From assembly GCA_964016885.1 (NCBI GenBank), contig OZ024742.1, positions 67,952,001-68,016,000 on the forward strand: a stretch of DNA of 64,000 bases, read 5' to 3'. The notes under the pieces were generated by a model. That model was not told the origin of the DNA. It worked only from the letters and a program-made list of their open reading frames with translations, and did not search any database. The translations under genes and the position numbers were made by a program. Source of the DNA: Eledone cirrhosa. Its lineage: Eukaryota. This document shows, one piece after another, positions 13,223-25,904 of this stretch (position 1 is the stretch's first letter; every line of letters begins with the position of its first letter).

Positions 13223-13296
13223 GCTGTCTGATGATGTCACGACACTCGCATACAGAACAGTGTGGCCAGTGTCGTCATTGAAATATATATCACAGC
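13223..13296 (+). ncRNA. Type-I hammerhead motif (right arm)
   Basis: gctgt CTGATGA ...acgacact/agtgtcgt... GAAA tatat ATC acagc, with palindromic stem III ATATATAT. Confidence 0.7.
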
Positions 13297-13358
13297 GGGG
13301 TCGATAAAATAAAGTACCAGTAATGCACTGGGTATTGCTGGCCTTGTGCCTAGAAACA
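13297..13358 (+). mobile_element. 5'-truncated SINE inserted in the right arm
   Basis: GGGGTCGATAAAATAAAGTACCAGTAATGCACTGGG...TTGCTGGCCTTGTGCC matches the 3' half of the SINEs at 20998, 53770 and 58037 and is absent from the left arm. Confidence 0.85.
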
Positions 13359-13480
13359 ATTATTATTAAAGGACTTGAACATCTGAAACTACTTCGCTTT
13401 TCCTTATTCGATATTTACTCCGTCACTCCTATGTGGAAAAAGTACGTTGAGTGCTTGATTTGAATTGCATCAATGTTTAC

Positions 13481-13524
<44 letters not shown>

Positions 13525-13565
13525 CAGAAATACCCGTCGAAAGGGCTTGAGCTCTGCCGTCTATT

Positions 13566-13632
<67 letters not shown>

Positions 13633-14087
13633 ACTAGAAATAGATTGACATATATATATATATAAAATAAACATGAAACAATCTCAGGGAATAATTTGTA
13701 AAGAATTTAAGCGTACATAGCTAGGTAGGTAACTAATTAAATTTTAACTAGAACTTCACATATAGATACCTTTTAAAATGATTAATCTTTGTATATATTT
13801 CTTTAAGTAAAAAATATATTTCACCAATAAATCCGTAAATCACAGCAGTTAAATTCTCGGATGAAGGAGAAGATAACCATCTGCGTTTACAAAGCAAATG
13901 CAAATCTGTGAATGACTCGAACCACGTGTTGCATTTTTTTTTAAATACACACATTGCACAACGTCATCCCTAGTTGATTTGTAATGCTCGCATCTAATCT
14001 TTGAGCTTATTCTGCAGTGGATATGGCGCATGTCTCTCAGAGATGACAACCCTTAATTTTAATTTTGTATATATATATATATATATA

Positions 14088-14434
14088 AAGAAGAATCTAC
14101 AAGGGGATTCTCACTAACACGCTACCTAACTAAGAGAATCTCTTGTTAACTCAAACAACGCCGTACGTTAAAACTATAGTACAGAGTACTCACAACCTCT
14201 AACTGGATTATCTAAAACGATAACCTATTATCCCTGTGAGGAAAACCACAGACCCTCCATCTCAACTCTACTTTTGAAAAGCAGAAGAACTACGAAACCA
14301 GTAAAGGAACCAAATAAATATATATATTTTTTATAAATAAAACTCCAGTAGCATTTTTGATTTCATCTCTTTTCCTTATACTTTCACTCGTGTAGGACAC
14401 CTCGGTTATTTTTCATTTTGTGAGAAAACCTCAC

Positions 14435-14440
<6 letters not shown>
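14088..14440 (+). mobile_element. Non-coding repeat with U3-A8 hammerhead variant (14271-14307); other copies at 29940-30150 (-) and 63515-63650 (-)
   Basis: Shared block CCACAGACCCTCCATCTCAACTC..CTTTTGAAAAGCAGAAGAACT.CGAAACC.GTAAAGGAACCAAA; flanked by (TA)n. Confidence 0.75.
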
Positions 14441-14470
<30 letters not shown>

Positions 14471-14476
<6 letters not shown>

Positions 14477-16690
14477 TCAAATTATTAAGATGAGTCTGCA
14501 AATGAGGTAGAGGTATAGGGCTTAAAAAAACGTTATTTTAGACGCTATGCATTATTTAAAGGTATGAGTAGGAATAAAAAGGAAGAAGAGCTTGTATTTA
14601 CGTTAATTTAAAAGGAAAGGTGGAATATGATTCCAGAATTTAAATTTATTTAGCTATATTATGGTATCTGTGGCCTTTAGGAAAAATAAGCATTAAAACA
14701 CCTTTAGCAAAGCTATTCTTTAAAGCACTAGATAAATGTTTTCCTAAAGCCCACAGATACCACTCTAATTTTAACAGATACTCTATAAAACTATCCTACT
14801 CTACTACTATGAACATAGCACAAAATAAATACAATTAATAATAGAAACTTAAATTTAAACCCTAACCAAACTAACCAAAATACCAATAATAATATTTCTA
14901 ACAACAATATTCAAAATAATAGTACCGTTCCGAACAACAACTCCATAAAATGTAACTGTAAAATTAAATCAAACTGCCCTTTACAAAATAATTGCTTAGA
15001 CAAAAACGTAATTTATAAATGCACAGTTAAAACTAGAGACAAAGAATTTAACTATATTGGTGCCACTTCTAGAAAATTCAAAGAACGCTGGTATAACCAT
15101 AAACACACATTTAAGAAATCCAATAATAAATCTTCCACTTCACTTTCACATTTAATTTGGAACTTAAAAGACATCAATATAGGGAAACGATTTCGAAAGC
15201 ACCTGCATACATAAATATGGCTTTCTCAAGAGTCTGTAACTTGTGTATCGAGGAATTTTTTTATATAATTAACTGTCAAACTCTATTAATCTTAAAACAG
15301 AATTATTTTCTTCTTGTAGACATTGCCAAAATTCCACTTTCAGGAGTATTTTTAATTTATGATATTCATTGCACTTGACTAAATCTTATACACCTTCAAA
15401 ATGATCCTATTTTCTTTAAAAATTTAAATTTAAAGTTAAATGTAAATTCTTTTAAATGACCCTCCTTCTTCATTTTTTAATATTCCTACTATTTTTACCT
15501 TTTGACATTAATTTTTTAATATATATATATTTTTTTATATTTTTTTACTTCTGACATTACTTTCCTAATGATACCCCTCTAAATATATTTTTTTAGAAGT
15601 GGATTGATAATCTTTAATTGACATTCTGAAAATGTATCCTCTTTACAATAGTTCTTCGAAATGCACATTACGTTTTTCCTCAAACTTTCACACATCTTTC
15701 AACTAAAATAATTAGTCTCACACAAAATAATATATAATTTCTTCTATATATTTTCTGAGCAAATCATTCATCAAATTTAACGGTTAACAAACAAGATTGG
15801 AGTTATCTTTCCCTTTTCAATCGTGCAAACATAAACATATTATAATAATATATGTACGTTAAACTATATAACTTCGCTAAATTAACAATATTCTGAAAAC
15901 ATTTTCAATGTTGAAACAAAATATTCGAATCTACAAATTGTTCTCCTCTTACAACTTGAACCACCTGTTTTTTTTTATGTAAAATGCAAAATCAACATCA
16001 TTTGTAACTCATATTAGGTATGTAAACAACTAATAATTGTAAATTATTTCTATTTCTATAATACTTATACATGCACAATTATTAATCTATATAGATATTT
16101 ATATACTTATAACCTATTATAAGATAAAATATACTTATAACCATAATTCTTCATATAATCTAATTGATTATATATACAATATTATAACTCATAGTATAGC
16201 TAAATAAATTTAAATTCTAGAATCATATTCCACCTTTTCTTTTAAATTAACGTAAATACAAGCTCTTCTTCCATTTTCTTCTTTCTTTTTCCTAATCATA
16301 CATTTAAATTCTGTATAGCGTCTATAATAACGTTATTTTCAGCCCTATACATCTACCTCATTTGTATACTCATCTTAATAATTTCAAATATCTGACTTTT
16401 CCTCTCTTAACCCTTCACTATCCAAGGAAAACTTAAACCGTTAAGGTTTCTTTTTCTTGGTTATGTCAAAATTTATAAAACAAACTTTGTATTTTATCTA
16501 ATGAAAGCGTACCAAAGTTTTGGTACCCTTGAAATATATATAAGAATAAATATGGTTTTATAAATATAGTTTCCATTTATTTAATATCATTGAATATTAT
16601 ACTCCAGAAAAAACTGTCTAGTTCTTTAACTCAGTTATAAACATTTATATTTGCTGAATTACCAACAAATTGAATATCGCTTTTGCTTAT
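14471..16690 (+). mobile_element. 5'-truncated Penelope-like element with inverted terminal segment (arms 14471-14662 / 16190-16390)
   Basis: 14665-15330 translates to KLFFKALDKCFPKAHRYHSNFNRYSIKLSYSTTMN...CNCKIKSNCPLQNNCLDKNVIYKC...YIGATSRKFKERWYNHK...CNLC, which is the PLE linker plus GIY-YIG. A degenerate HHR lies at 16490-16548. Confidence 0.88.
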
Positions 16691-16717
16691 ATATATATAT
16701 ATATATACATATATTAT

Positions 16718-16995
16718 GTCAGGTCACCAGTTGGTGCTACTGGTAACATGTATCCCAGTACAACCTGTCTCATGGTCGGGTCGTTGGCGACTAAACTGGC
16801 AACCCCACCAAGGTTTCTTGGTGAGGAGGGTGACTTTGGACATCCTGCAGGACTAAAAACAAAACCTGTCAAAGGGCAAAGGAGCTCGTAAGAGTCAATG
16901 ACCATCCAAAATCACCGGGAGAGATGACCCCTTAGCCTTTGTCAAGGCAGAATTCTAGGAGAAGGAAAACTCTGATATAACACCTGCAACCCTGA
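16718..16995 (+). mobile_element. Probable RTE-type LINE 5'UTR fragment
   Basis: GGCGACTAAACTGGCAACCCC and CTAGGAGAAGGAAAACTCTG resemble RTE 5' regions (from memory, not aligned). Confidence 0.35.
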
Positions 16996-17323
16996 TGGTA
17001 TCCAATGATGTTGACTTGTTCTTCTTTTTGGTAAATATCATCTTGGTTAAGAGAGTGGGACTGGCTTTGTGCAGTGCCTTTGCTCACTATAAAAGCTTCA
17101 CGGCACAGGCATTGCTTTATATCTGGAGATCTCTCTGCACTTGTCGTCACATGGTACCATGGGCCCAGCACTATGTGTCAATAATTGTCACAAGTGTAGT
17201 GTCTGTACCAGAGTTTTCAAGTCGCTGGCTGGACTAAAAAGTCACACTCGTTCAGCGCATCGGTAGGGGTTCTCCTACATGGATATAAAGTAGTGGCCGT
17301 ACTCGAAAACGAGTTGGCAGCCA

Positions 17324-17368
<45 letters not shown>

Positions 17369-17418
17369 AGAGTATTGAAGTTTGCTTGAAGCATTGTGGA
17401 ATAATAAGGGGGGGTGCT

Positions 17419-17782
17419 CGTTTTGGAAGCCTTAACAATGCAGATGGGTAAATCTCCGGGTAACAGAATCCCGTGGTGAAGAGAGATAGATGTAAAGGAA
17501 TGTAGAATGAGATGTATAGTGTGTAGAGGAACGTACGAAAGCGAGTAAAAAAGAAAAATAATAACACAAGATAGAGTTACCTTGGGAGAGATTTAATTGT
17601 GCCTATTTTGGGGATTCACATCCATCAATTGGGGGGGGGGGGGGTTATCTGTCAGAGACGAACGATACGTGGCCTCTGCTGTCCGCTGTTTGTGTGTCCA
17701 TTCCCTAACATCTCTCTCTTCACCACCGGATTCTATTACTCGGAGATTTACCCATCTGCATTGTTGAGGCTTCCAAAACGAC
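17419..17782. repeat. Fold-back, ~90-bp arms (17419-17512 / 17699-17782)
   Basis: TCGTTTTGGAAGCCTTAACAATGCAGATGGGTAAATCTCCG and its reverse complement; flanked by (TA)n. Confidence 0.85.
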
Positions 17783-17880
17783 CAAAAAGAAATCATATAT
17801 ATATATCTATATATATACACATGTCTGTGCGTGTGTTTGTGTTGCCATTTGGTTCATTGTTTTACGATCGTTTCAAAGTG

Positions 17881-18018
17881 CTGATTGATCATGGTAGATC
17901 AATAAATCGATTGTTTCCGAGAAGGACATTTCGATAGATCAAGAATTCCGTGACTAGAAATAAGTAGTGACATACTCATTACATTTTAGTCGATATATCG
18001 ATCTACCACGATCAATCA
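17881..18018. repeat. Short MITE-like element with ~30-bp inverted ends
   Basis: TGATTGATCATGGTAGATCAATAAATCGA pairs with TCGATATATCGATCTACCACGATCAATCA. Confidence 0.6.
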
Positions 18019-18695
18019 ACCATAAAACAAGAAACTAATTAATGACCTATCTTCGACTTTTGTTGTATTTTCATTGTTCAACACACATACATATAGACGT
18101 GTCTATGTATATCTGTGTGTGTGTGTGTGTGGTTGATAAAGGTGGGTAAATGTCCAAAGGTTGTAATTACGAAGTAAGAGTGAAAAAAAAACAGAAATAT
18201 ATTTAAATATTATTTTCGTTTAATATGAGAGATTGAATAATTTTATGAATGTTACATTAAGTGCTTTTCCATTTCTTTAAATGTTTACCGGTTTCGATTG
18301 GTATAACGATCTATATCATATATTAAATATATAATATTTAAAAAGGTTTACCATATATTGTGTGAGCGGTTTGAACATATATGATTTTTCTGTCAAAATT
18401 TCTTCTTATATATATTTTTGTTTAATAAAGGTGGTGAAGGTAAGGTTGAAGTGAGGTTCAACAGGTCAGGATTCAATTGAATTCACTTGGTTGAAAATAG
18501 AAACTTCTTTTATTATTCATAATAATGTTCCAGATGGTATTTTTGATGTGGGCTATTGTATGTTTTTCTGAGTATTTAGTTGCTGTTTAATTCTGTCAAA
18601 CTTTTGTGTTGGAAGGGTCAGAATTTTGGGCTTTTGTGAAAGTAGCTAAAATAGCTAAGAGTGAATATAGAATTTTCATCTTGTCTTGTGGAATC

Positions 18696-18742
<47 letters not shown>

Positions 18743-19184
18743 CAGCGGGTGCATGTGTGTGTATGTATCTCTTGTGTCAAAGGACGAAGTTTACGCTTAG
18801 AGTTTGCAGAAAAAATATAAAATTATAAATACAAATATAAATATAAACATGATTGAAATTGTTTCTTGGGGGCTGCAAATGATGTCGTTCTCGAGGATTT
18901 GTTGAAAAGGGATAGGGAAAGGAAGAAAAAAGAAAGAAAGAATGATAGAAAGTGAGAAAAGAAACAAGAAAAAGAAGAAATACAATTTTTAGGAGTCGTT
19001 TCTTTGGAGTTATGATTTTTCCTTTTATCTTGTGGTGTGTGTATATGTATGTGTGTATGTGTGTGTGTATGTATGTGTGTGTGTGTGCGTGCGTGTCTGT
19101 ATTTAGTTTTAAATGTTTTCATACATGTGAGTGTAAAATGGTTATTCGACTGTAAATATATAACTATATTACCGGTTCCTATTG

Positions 19185-19410
19185 CTATATCGAATTCAAA
19201 CTGCATAACAATTACTTTTGGTCATTGGGTGTGCGTACCGACTACTTTTAGGAACCACAATAGGGACAAACATTGCTCCTACATATGCCAATTTAATCAT
19301 GAGATTCCATGAACAAAAGATTTACAGCCATTCTCTACAACGTTTTGGAGACACGTTGCCCACACAACTAAAAGAATACCTAGAAAACGTACTTGGATGA
19401 TTGCTTTGTC
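19185..19410 (+). mobile_element. Penelope-like RT fragment
   Basis: LLGTTIGTNIAPTYANLIM..HE followed by frameshifted YLDDCF corresponds to the PLE GT.MG...AP.YANL.M and YxDD motifs. Confidence 0.75.
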
Positions 19411-20912
19411 TTATGAAGAGGAACCGCGTTCTGAAAGGTCAATCTCGTCAACACATTTAATTAAACGTGGAAGTGGCGTAGCGGTAATGGCGAAATATCA
19501 CCAATTAAGTTTTAGGATAATTGTCAAAGAAACGGACTCAGATAAAAATGCAATTCACAGAATTTTAACTGACTATCTGCACATGCGAAAAATTTGTGCA
19601 AATTAGGGCCCAAACACTTGTCTGTGGGGCAAAAAGCGAAATTGTTTGAAATTTGTCAGGATTTACGAGGAAGCGTCAACATTAAGATGAATTAATAACA
19701 GGACATGAATTATGGGTGTTTGAATACGATCCGGACACAAAACAATAAGGTGAGGAGTGGCCCACGAAAAATTCTTCTTGTCCGAAGAAAGCACGCATAA
19801 TCAGATACAGTTTGAAAACGATGATTATCATTATTTCGACAGATGGGATATTGTTATTAAAGAACATTGGACCTTCCCGAGATGCGCGCAGAGCAACGAA
19901 ACCGTTCTCCACGCACTCGTCCAGTGTCCGTGCATTACTGACTTGTGGAGTTACGTCGAACAGCTTTTGTCGCGTGTAGAACGGATCCGGCTATCGGCTG
20001 AGTCCATAGTGAAGATCGACCCGCCGCCTTCTTTTGTCCAGAAAGGGCAGGTATTGTCCTCTGTCTGGTGGCAGTAGCGAAAGAGGTTGTATGGTGGACG
20101 AGGTTGAAAGGACTGAAGACAGACACTTTTCTCTTGAGCCAATCCCTCATCAACTTTTTCAAGTTTCACTTGGAAAGGAAGGTGAGGGTGGAGAGAGAAG
20201 TGCTGCCCTCCAGTACATTTGCTGAAAGGTGGGTGAATGTTGCGAGATGCGCCTGTAGGTGGGTAAATTTGAGAAGGAGAGGGGTGCCCTTCCAGGGTGC
20301 TCTCGAAACGTCAGGTCGTTCTGGATTGGTGGGGTTCCTGAGCGAACCCTGGGTGATCATGCCCCCTATTGGGGAATTTTTCTTGTTGTATTTTTCTCGT
20401 TACTTTATTATTGTTATTCATATTGTTTACTAGATTTTTCTGTAAAACCCCACTGTCCCAGTCTTTTGTATTGTCCCCTATATGTCGGCCCTTGTGGCCA
20501 ATAAATGAAATCGTTATTAAAGAACATTTTCCGCCAGGACAGACAGTTAATCGCACCTACTGCAAAGATGTCTTGTAACGATCCCTAACACATGTCCAGC
20601 GAGTACGAAAGGACATTGCAGGAGATTGGGTAATGCACGACAAGAACGCTCTACTCACACGGCACTTTTAATTAGAGAAAATTGAAACATTCCTACTCGT
20701 ATACCTCCTCCCTACAACTCAGATCTGGTTTCGTGTGATTAATTCGAAGTTGAAGAGTCATCATATTTGTGGAAAATATACAAAGAACCGATCAGACATG
20801 CACAGAAAATGACTTCGTAAAATTATTTTGAAGACGATAACCTGTAATTTCATTACATCTAAATTACATATAAATAAAACACCAGTACCGTTACATTTGG
20901 GATAAACCACGT
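19411..20912 (+). mobile_element. Decayed mariner transposon (5' part lost), interrupted by a Tx1 fragment
   Basis: Motifs PRS.R, LHMRKICA, WVFEYDPDTKQ, EHFPPGQTVN..YC.DVL and PPYNSDLVSCD (YSPDLAP.D). It ends ...CCACG|TA. Confidence 0.8.
19869..20512 (+). mobile_element. 5'-truncated Tx1-clade LINE with 16-bp TSD
   Basis: ETVLHALVQC..DLWSYVEQLLSR and AKEVVWWTRLKGL match the ORF2 C-termini at 39089 and 44872. TSD GTTATTAAAGAACATT at 19853-19868 and 20513-20528. Confidence 0.92.
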
Positions 20913-20997
20913 ATATATACATATAGAATTTATAATTGCTTTACGTTTAACAGAATGTACTACCACTATTAGACTACTACTATTACTACTACTACTA

Positions 20998-21200
20998 AGG
21001 GCGATGAATTGGCAGTATCGGTAGAGGGTCGGACGCCATGCTTTGCAGCATAGTTACGTCCCTTTACGGTCTGAGTTCAAATCCCATCGAGGTTAACTTT
21101 GCCTTTCATGCTTACGGGGTCGATAAAATAAAGTACCAGTAATGCACTGGGATGATTGCTGGCCTCGTGCTAAAAGTAGAAACAACTATTACTACTACTA
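20998..21200 (+). mobile_element. tRNA-derived SINE
   Basis: A box TGGCAGTATCGGTAGAG, B box GAGTTCAAATCCC, body GGGGTCGATAAAATAAAGTACCAG, and an (ACT)n tail and flank. Confidence 0.88.
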
Positions 21201-21370
21201 CTACTACTAGTAGTAGTAGTTAGATGTGTTTGCCGTTGTTGATGCTGTTGATGCTGTTGTTGCAGCTGTTTCTGTTTGTTTGAATTCATCAGTTTTTCAT
21301 TTTAGCATTTTCTCTCAAAGTCTTATATATTCTATCCTACGTAACTAACTCAATCACATGCAGACACACA

Positions 21371-21474
<104 letters not shown>

Positions 21475-21692
21475 CTGTCTCTGTCTTCTTTTAATGTTCT
21501 GCTTAATTTTGTTTGTCTGTCTGTATGTCTCCTCACCTGCTCTAATTCGTCTGTTCCAGACATGTTTACTGCCTCAAGTATATAGTTTTTAAACTCAACA
21601 AAGTCGTACATCTTCCAGTCATCTTCTCCCTGAACCTTCACATAAACATGCTCACACACACGCACACACACAGTCACACGCACACACACACA

Positions 21693-21773
<81 letters not shown>

Positions 21774-21908
21774 GCACACTACATATATAGATATACAAGT
21801 AAACACAAATATGCATACATTCCGATAAATCACTGACCATGCACATTCATTTTCACTGTTTATATCTTCCACTCTCTCTTTCCCTATCTCTCTGCATATA
21901 TATATATA

Positions 21909-21964
<56 letters not shown>

Positions 21965-23369
21965 GTATATATGTATATATGTATATATATATATATATGT
22001 ATATTAAATATATATATATATGTGTGTGTATGTGTGTGTTTGTGGGTAAGTGTGTATGTGTGTGAGCCTGTGTGTTTCTACTTGTATAGGTGTTTCTCTC
22101 TGAGTCTCTCTCTCTCTCACTCACTCCCCTACTCATCCACACTCTAAGTGACACAATCTAATTACCAGTCATTGCACAATTAATGATTATTCTATTTGCC
22201 TTCGTTCTGGTTTCTCTTCCGTTTTGACTGTGTTGTTGCTGTTATTTTCTTTGATTAAGTTGCAGTTGTTTTTGTTTCTTATTATTGTTGCCTTTACATT
22301 TTATTCTGTGTTGTTATTATTATTATCTTAGTATTTTTCTTTTGTTGTATCTTGTTATGTTTGATGCTGTTGCAGCTCTTGTACTTTTTATTGTCTAGTT
22401 GTTTGTTTTTATTGTTGCCTTTGACTACATTTTTGTTGTTATTTCCATCGTATTAGTTTCGTAATTTTTCTTATATCATTTTTGTTGTTATTGTTGTTGT
22501 ATTGTTGCTGCTGTTGCAGTCATATTCTTCTTGTTTAGCACTAGGTGAATGATGATTAAGTGCACCCCAGCTCTGACTATTCCACCTTTTGGTGTGTAGG
22601 TACGCGTACGTTTACTATCTATGGCCTGTTATTACATAGGGAGATTTGAAGCTCAAGCGATGACTTAGTCTCCTTTTTTGAATCAGTTTGTTCAAGTCGT
22701 TGTTGATTCTCTTGTTACTATTGTCACTATTGTAAGTTTACTTGCTATTGTCGTTGTTGATTCTATATACTAGAAGTTCTAGATAATACATTTATTTGTG
22801 TTTCAATGTTTTCACATCCTTATTATTCATGTTTATGAAAGTAAATCTAATCCACATGTCCCCACCTAAAATAAACTTAAAGGTCAGACTGCCTCGTGGT
22901 CCCGGCCGATAGAATGGAAAAGACAGGCCTTGGAGGACAGTGAGGGAAATGCAATGGAATGGCCAATCCACATCGTGGGATTTGCACCTGCATGCAGCAA
23001 AATCCTCTTAGACAGACGTGAGCAGGGACGTGGACGAATTCTTTTGGGTGTCATTGTTGTTTTTGTTCTATGTTCTTCTTTCTGCTGGTGTCTTTCTTCT
23101 TGTAGTTCATATTGTTGTTCTCACGGTTCTTGGTCTAGTTGATATTTCTGCTGATAGTTATAATTTCGGTTTTTCTGGGTTTTTTGTTTGTTTGTTTGTT
23201 TTTCGTTTTTTTGGCTATTATTGGTTTGCAATTGTGTTGCTAATCTAACTGATCTCCGTGTTGGTGGTGGCTGTAGTGCTGGTGAGGGGTTATTTTTGCT
23301 TTTTAACTCTTGTTTTCCATTGTTGTTACACACACACATATATATATATATATATGTGTATATATATAC

Positions 23370-23505
<136 letters not shown>

Positions 23506-24609
23506 ATATATATATAAGTATATATATATATATACATATATATATGCTTCTAGTGTTGCTCAAATTATATCTCTTATTGATGATAATGTTGTGTGTGCTA
23601 CACGCTTTTATGTCTTTTGTTGTTTCATTTTCTTTGCTTGTCTGTAAATGTTGTTGTTAACATTGATTTGTTGATATATCTGTATTTCCTGTTGTACTTG
23701 TCGTTGTAGTTATCTGTTAGTTTCAAAACAGAAAGGAGAGAAAAAACATGACAATAAAACTAGGTGAGACACAGAAAAGAGAGAAGAGTGTATAAAGATA
23801 CATTGAGTTTAAATGGATGTAGATGTGCAGAGCGATAGAGTGGTGGGAGGGCCCATGACAGACGAAAAGCTGTAATCAAAGTAAAAAGAGAGGAATGTAA
23901 AAGTGGGATATAGTGATACATAGTTAGCAGCTCAAATATACAGACACATACACATAAATCTACATAAACATATAAATATATTCACACACAAGCAACCATA
24001 GAGACACACAAATATATAGTGACAGACAAACAAATAAAAAGACAAATATAAAACAATAAAAAATAAATAAACAATTATAGATGAAAGTAGATAAAAAGCA
24101 AGTAGCTATATTATATCCAAATACCCAATATTATTCAATATGCCCAGGTCTTATTTCCTTATAATATTGCCCCGCCCGCCTAGGATTCTCTCATTGCATA
24201 TATCATTCTTGCAGGCGGTACATTGAAAACACCTTAAGTGGAACGTTAATGCTGTCAATCCGGAATGTCTCAGAGACATCTGAAGGCCATATGCAAAGTC
24301 TCTTTAACCAAAGTCAATTATTACACGAACAAACACATACACACAGACGCTCTCTTTTCTTCTCATACACACACAAGCAGACACACACGCACTCAAGTAT
24401 ATTTTATATATATATATATATAATAAATGTTCGGTAAACCCATACGTACATATATATGTGTGCGTGTATGTATTTATATATACATACTACTGTACGTCTG
24501 TATGCATATATGTGTGTACGTATACATACTTATATTTAAGTATCAGCCGTACTAAGAGTGAGAAATGAAATTTCATTTTTTCCATATATATATATATAAC
24601 GGCGATGAA

Positions 24610-25600
24610 TTAGTTTTGCGAGGGTTTTGATATAAAATCGTGTGTCGAAACAAATATTGTTATACTTGGGGAGGATCATATTTGTGTAATAATATTGCCA
24701 GAATTAATCACAGAACACACTCACTGTTTGGTTGGTTTTCGCTTCTGTGTCTTTTATATCGGTTAATTTAATTCATTCGGTCCTCAATGTTACCATTGAC
24801 TGACCAACGGTCAAAAATACAGATAAAATATAGACACAAACACATATATATATAGTCTAACAAAGTTCTTTCATTGCACATCTGCAACATCGTCAGTGGT
24901 TCTATTATGTTTCCTCCCGTTGTATTGTATGCTTACGCCATCTTTATTTAGTCTATTTATTTATTTATTTGTTTATGTTTTTGTCTTCTCTGCGCATGCA
25001 TTTGCGTGTGTGTATAGTGTTTTGTTTGATGTGTGTTCGTGTTTGGGTGACTGTGTATTGATTATTGTATTCTATCTTAGTTTACTAGTGTGTTTATATG
25101 TGTTTGTTGTTATTGTGCTTGTGTATGTATTTATTTATTTATTTATTTATACTTCTCTTAGGTCAGTGTTGTTTGTTTGGGTATTGTTGTTATTCCATTC
25201 ATTTTTTCTGTTTAGCCTTGGCCTGCTAAGTTCTATTTCGTTGGCCTCTCTGATTTACCTATCTACTGGGTGATTTCTATGTTTAGATATTATTCTAATC
25301 TCTATGTTGTCTATGTTACCGTCGTGTTGTTGTCTGGCATGTTCGTAACATAATAGCACCACTGACGATGTTGCAGATGTGCAATGAAAGAACTTGTTAG
25401 ACTAGATATGTGTGTTTGTGTCTATATTGTATCTGTATTTTTGACCGTTGGTCAGTCAATGGTAACATTGAGGACCGAATAAATTAAATTAACTGATATA
25501 AAAGACACAGAAAGAAAATCAACCAAACAGTGAGTGTGTTCTGTTATTAATTCTGGCAATAGTATTATACAAATATGACCCTCCCCAAGTATAACAATAT
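24610..25600 (-). mobile_element. Short Penelope-like copy of the 59424 family with ~250-bp inverted terminal arms (24655-24911 / 25347-25600)
   Basis: The spacer on the minus strand encodes YEHARQQHDGNIDNIEIRIISKHRNHPVDR*IREANEIELSRPRLNRKNEWN (GIY-YIG tail). It is colinear with 59424-60135. Both arms contain CTGACGA-stem-GAAA. Confidence 0.9.
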
Positions 25601-25628
25601 ATATATATATGTGTGTGTATGTGGGTGG

Positions 25629-25662
<34 letters not shown>

Positions 25663-25864
25663 TATTGATGTACGTGAGAATGACTACTCAATACCAAAAC
25701 AGAATTTACAGATTCTTTTTGTGGCTAAGTCTTCTCTTATGACACTGTGAGTACACAGGTGAAATCCTAGAATCAAAGGAGGCATCATTTAGCTATAAAC
25801 ACACACACATACACACAGAGAGAGACCCACAGACACAGACACACACACTCACACACACACACAT

Positions 25865-25896
<32 letters not shown>

Positions 25897-25904
25897 GTGT
25901 GTAT

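Larger units (their letters stand above)
11990..13409. mobile_element. Large fold-back element with ~490-bp inverted arms (11990-12481 / 12857-13409), probably Penelope-derived
   Basis: The arms are near-identical reverse complements and each holds a hammerhead motif. No coding remnant was recognised in the spacer. Confidence 0.85.

Noticed and set aside
18280-18690. Possible PLE 3' end with a GAAACCGGTA half-motif (minus strand)
   Set aside because: The 5' core is missing and the peptide similarity is too weak to call.
20998-21090. tRNA genes at the A/B-box sites
   Set aside because: No cloverleaf, and they continue into a shared SINE body and tail.
22540-22680. Box C/D snoRNA-like ATGATGA...CTGA
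   Set aside because: No terminal D box or closing stem, and no recognisable guide sequence.
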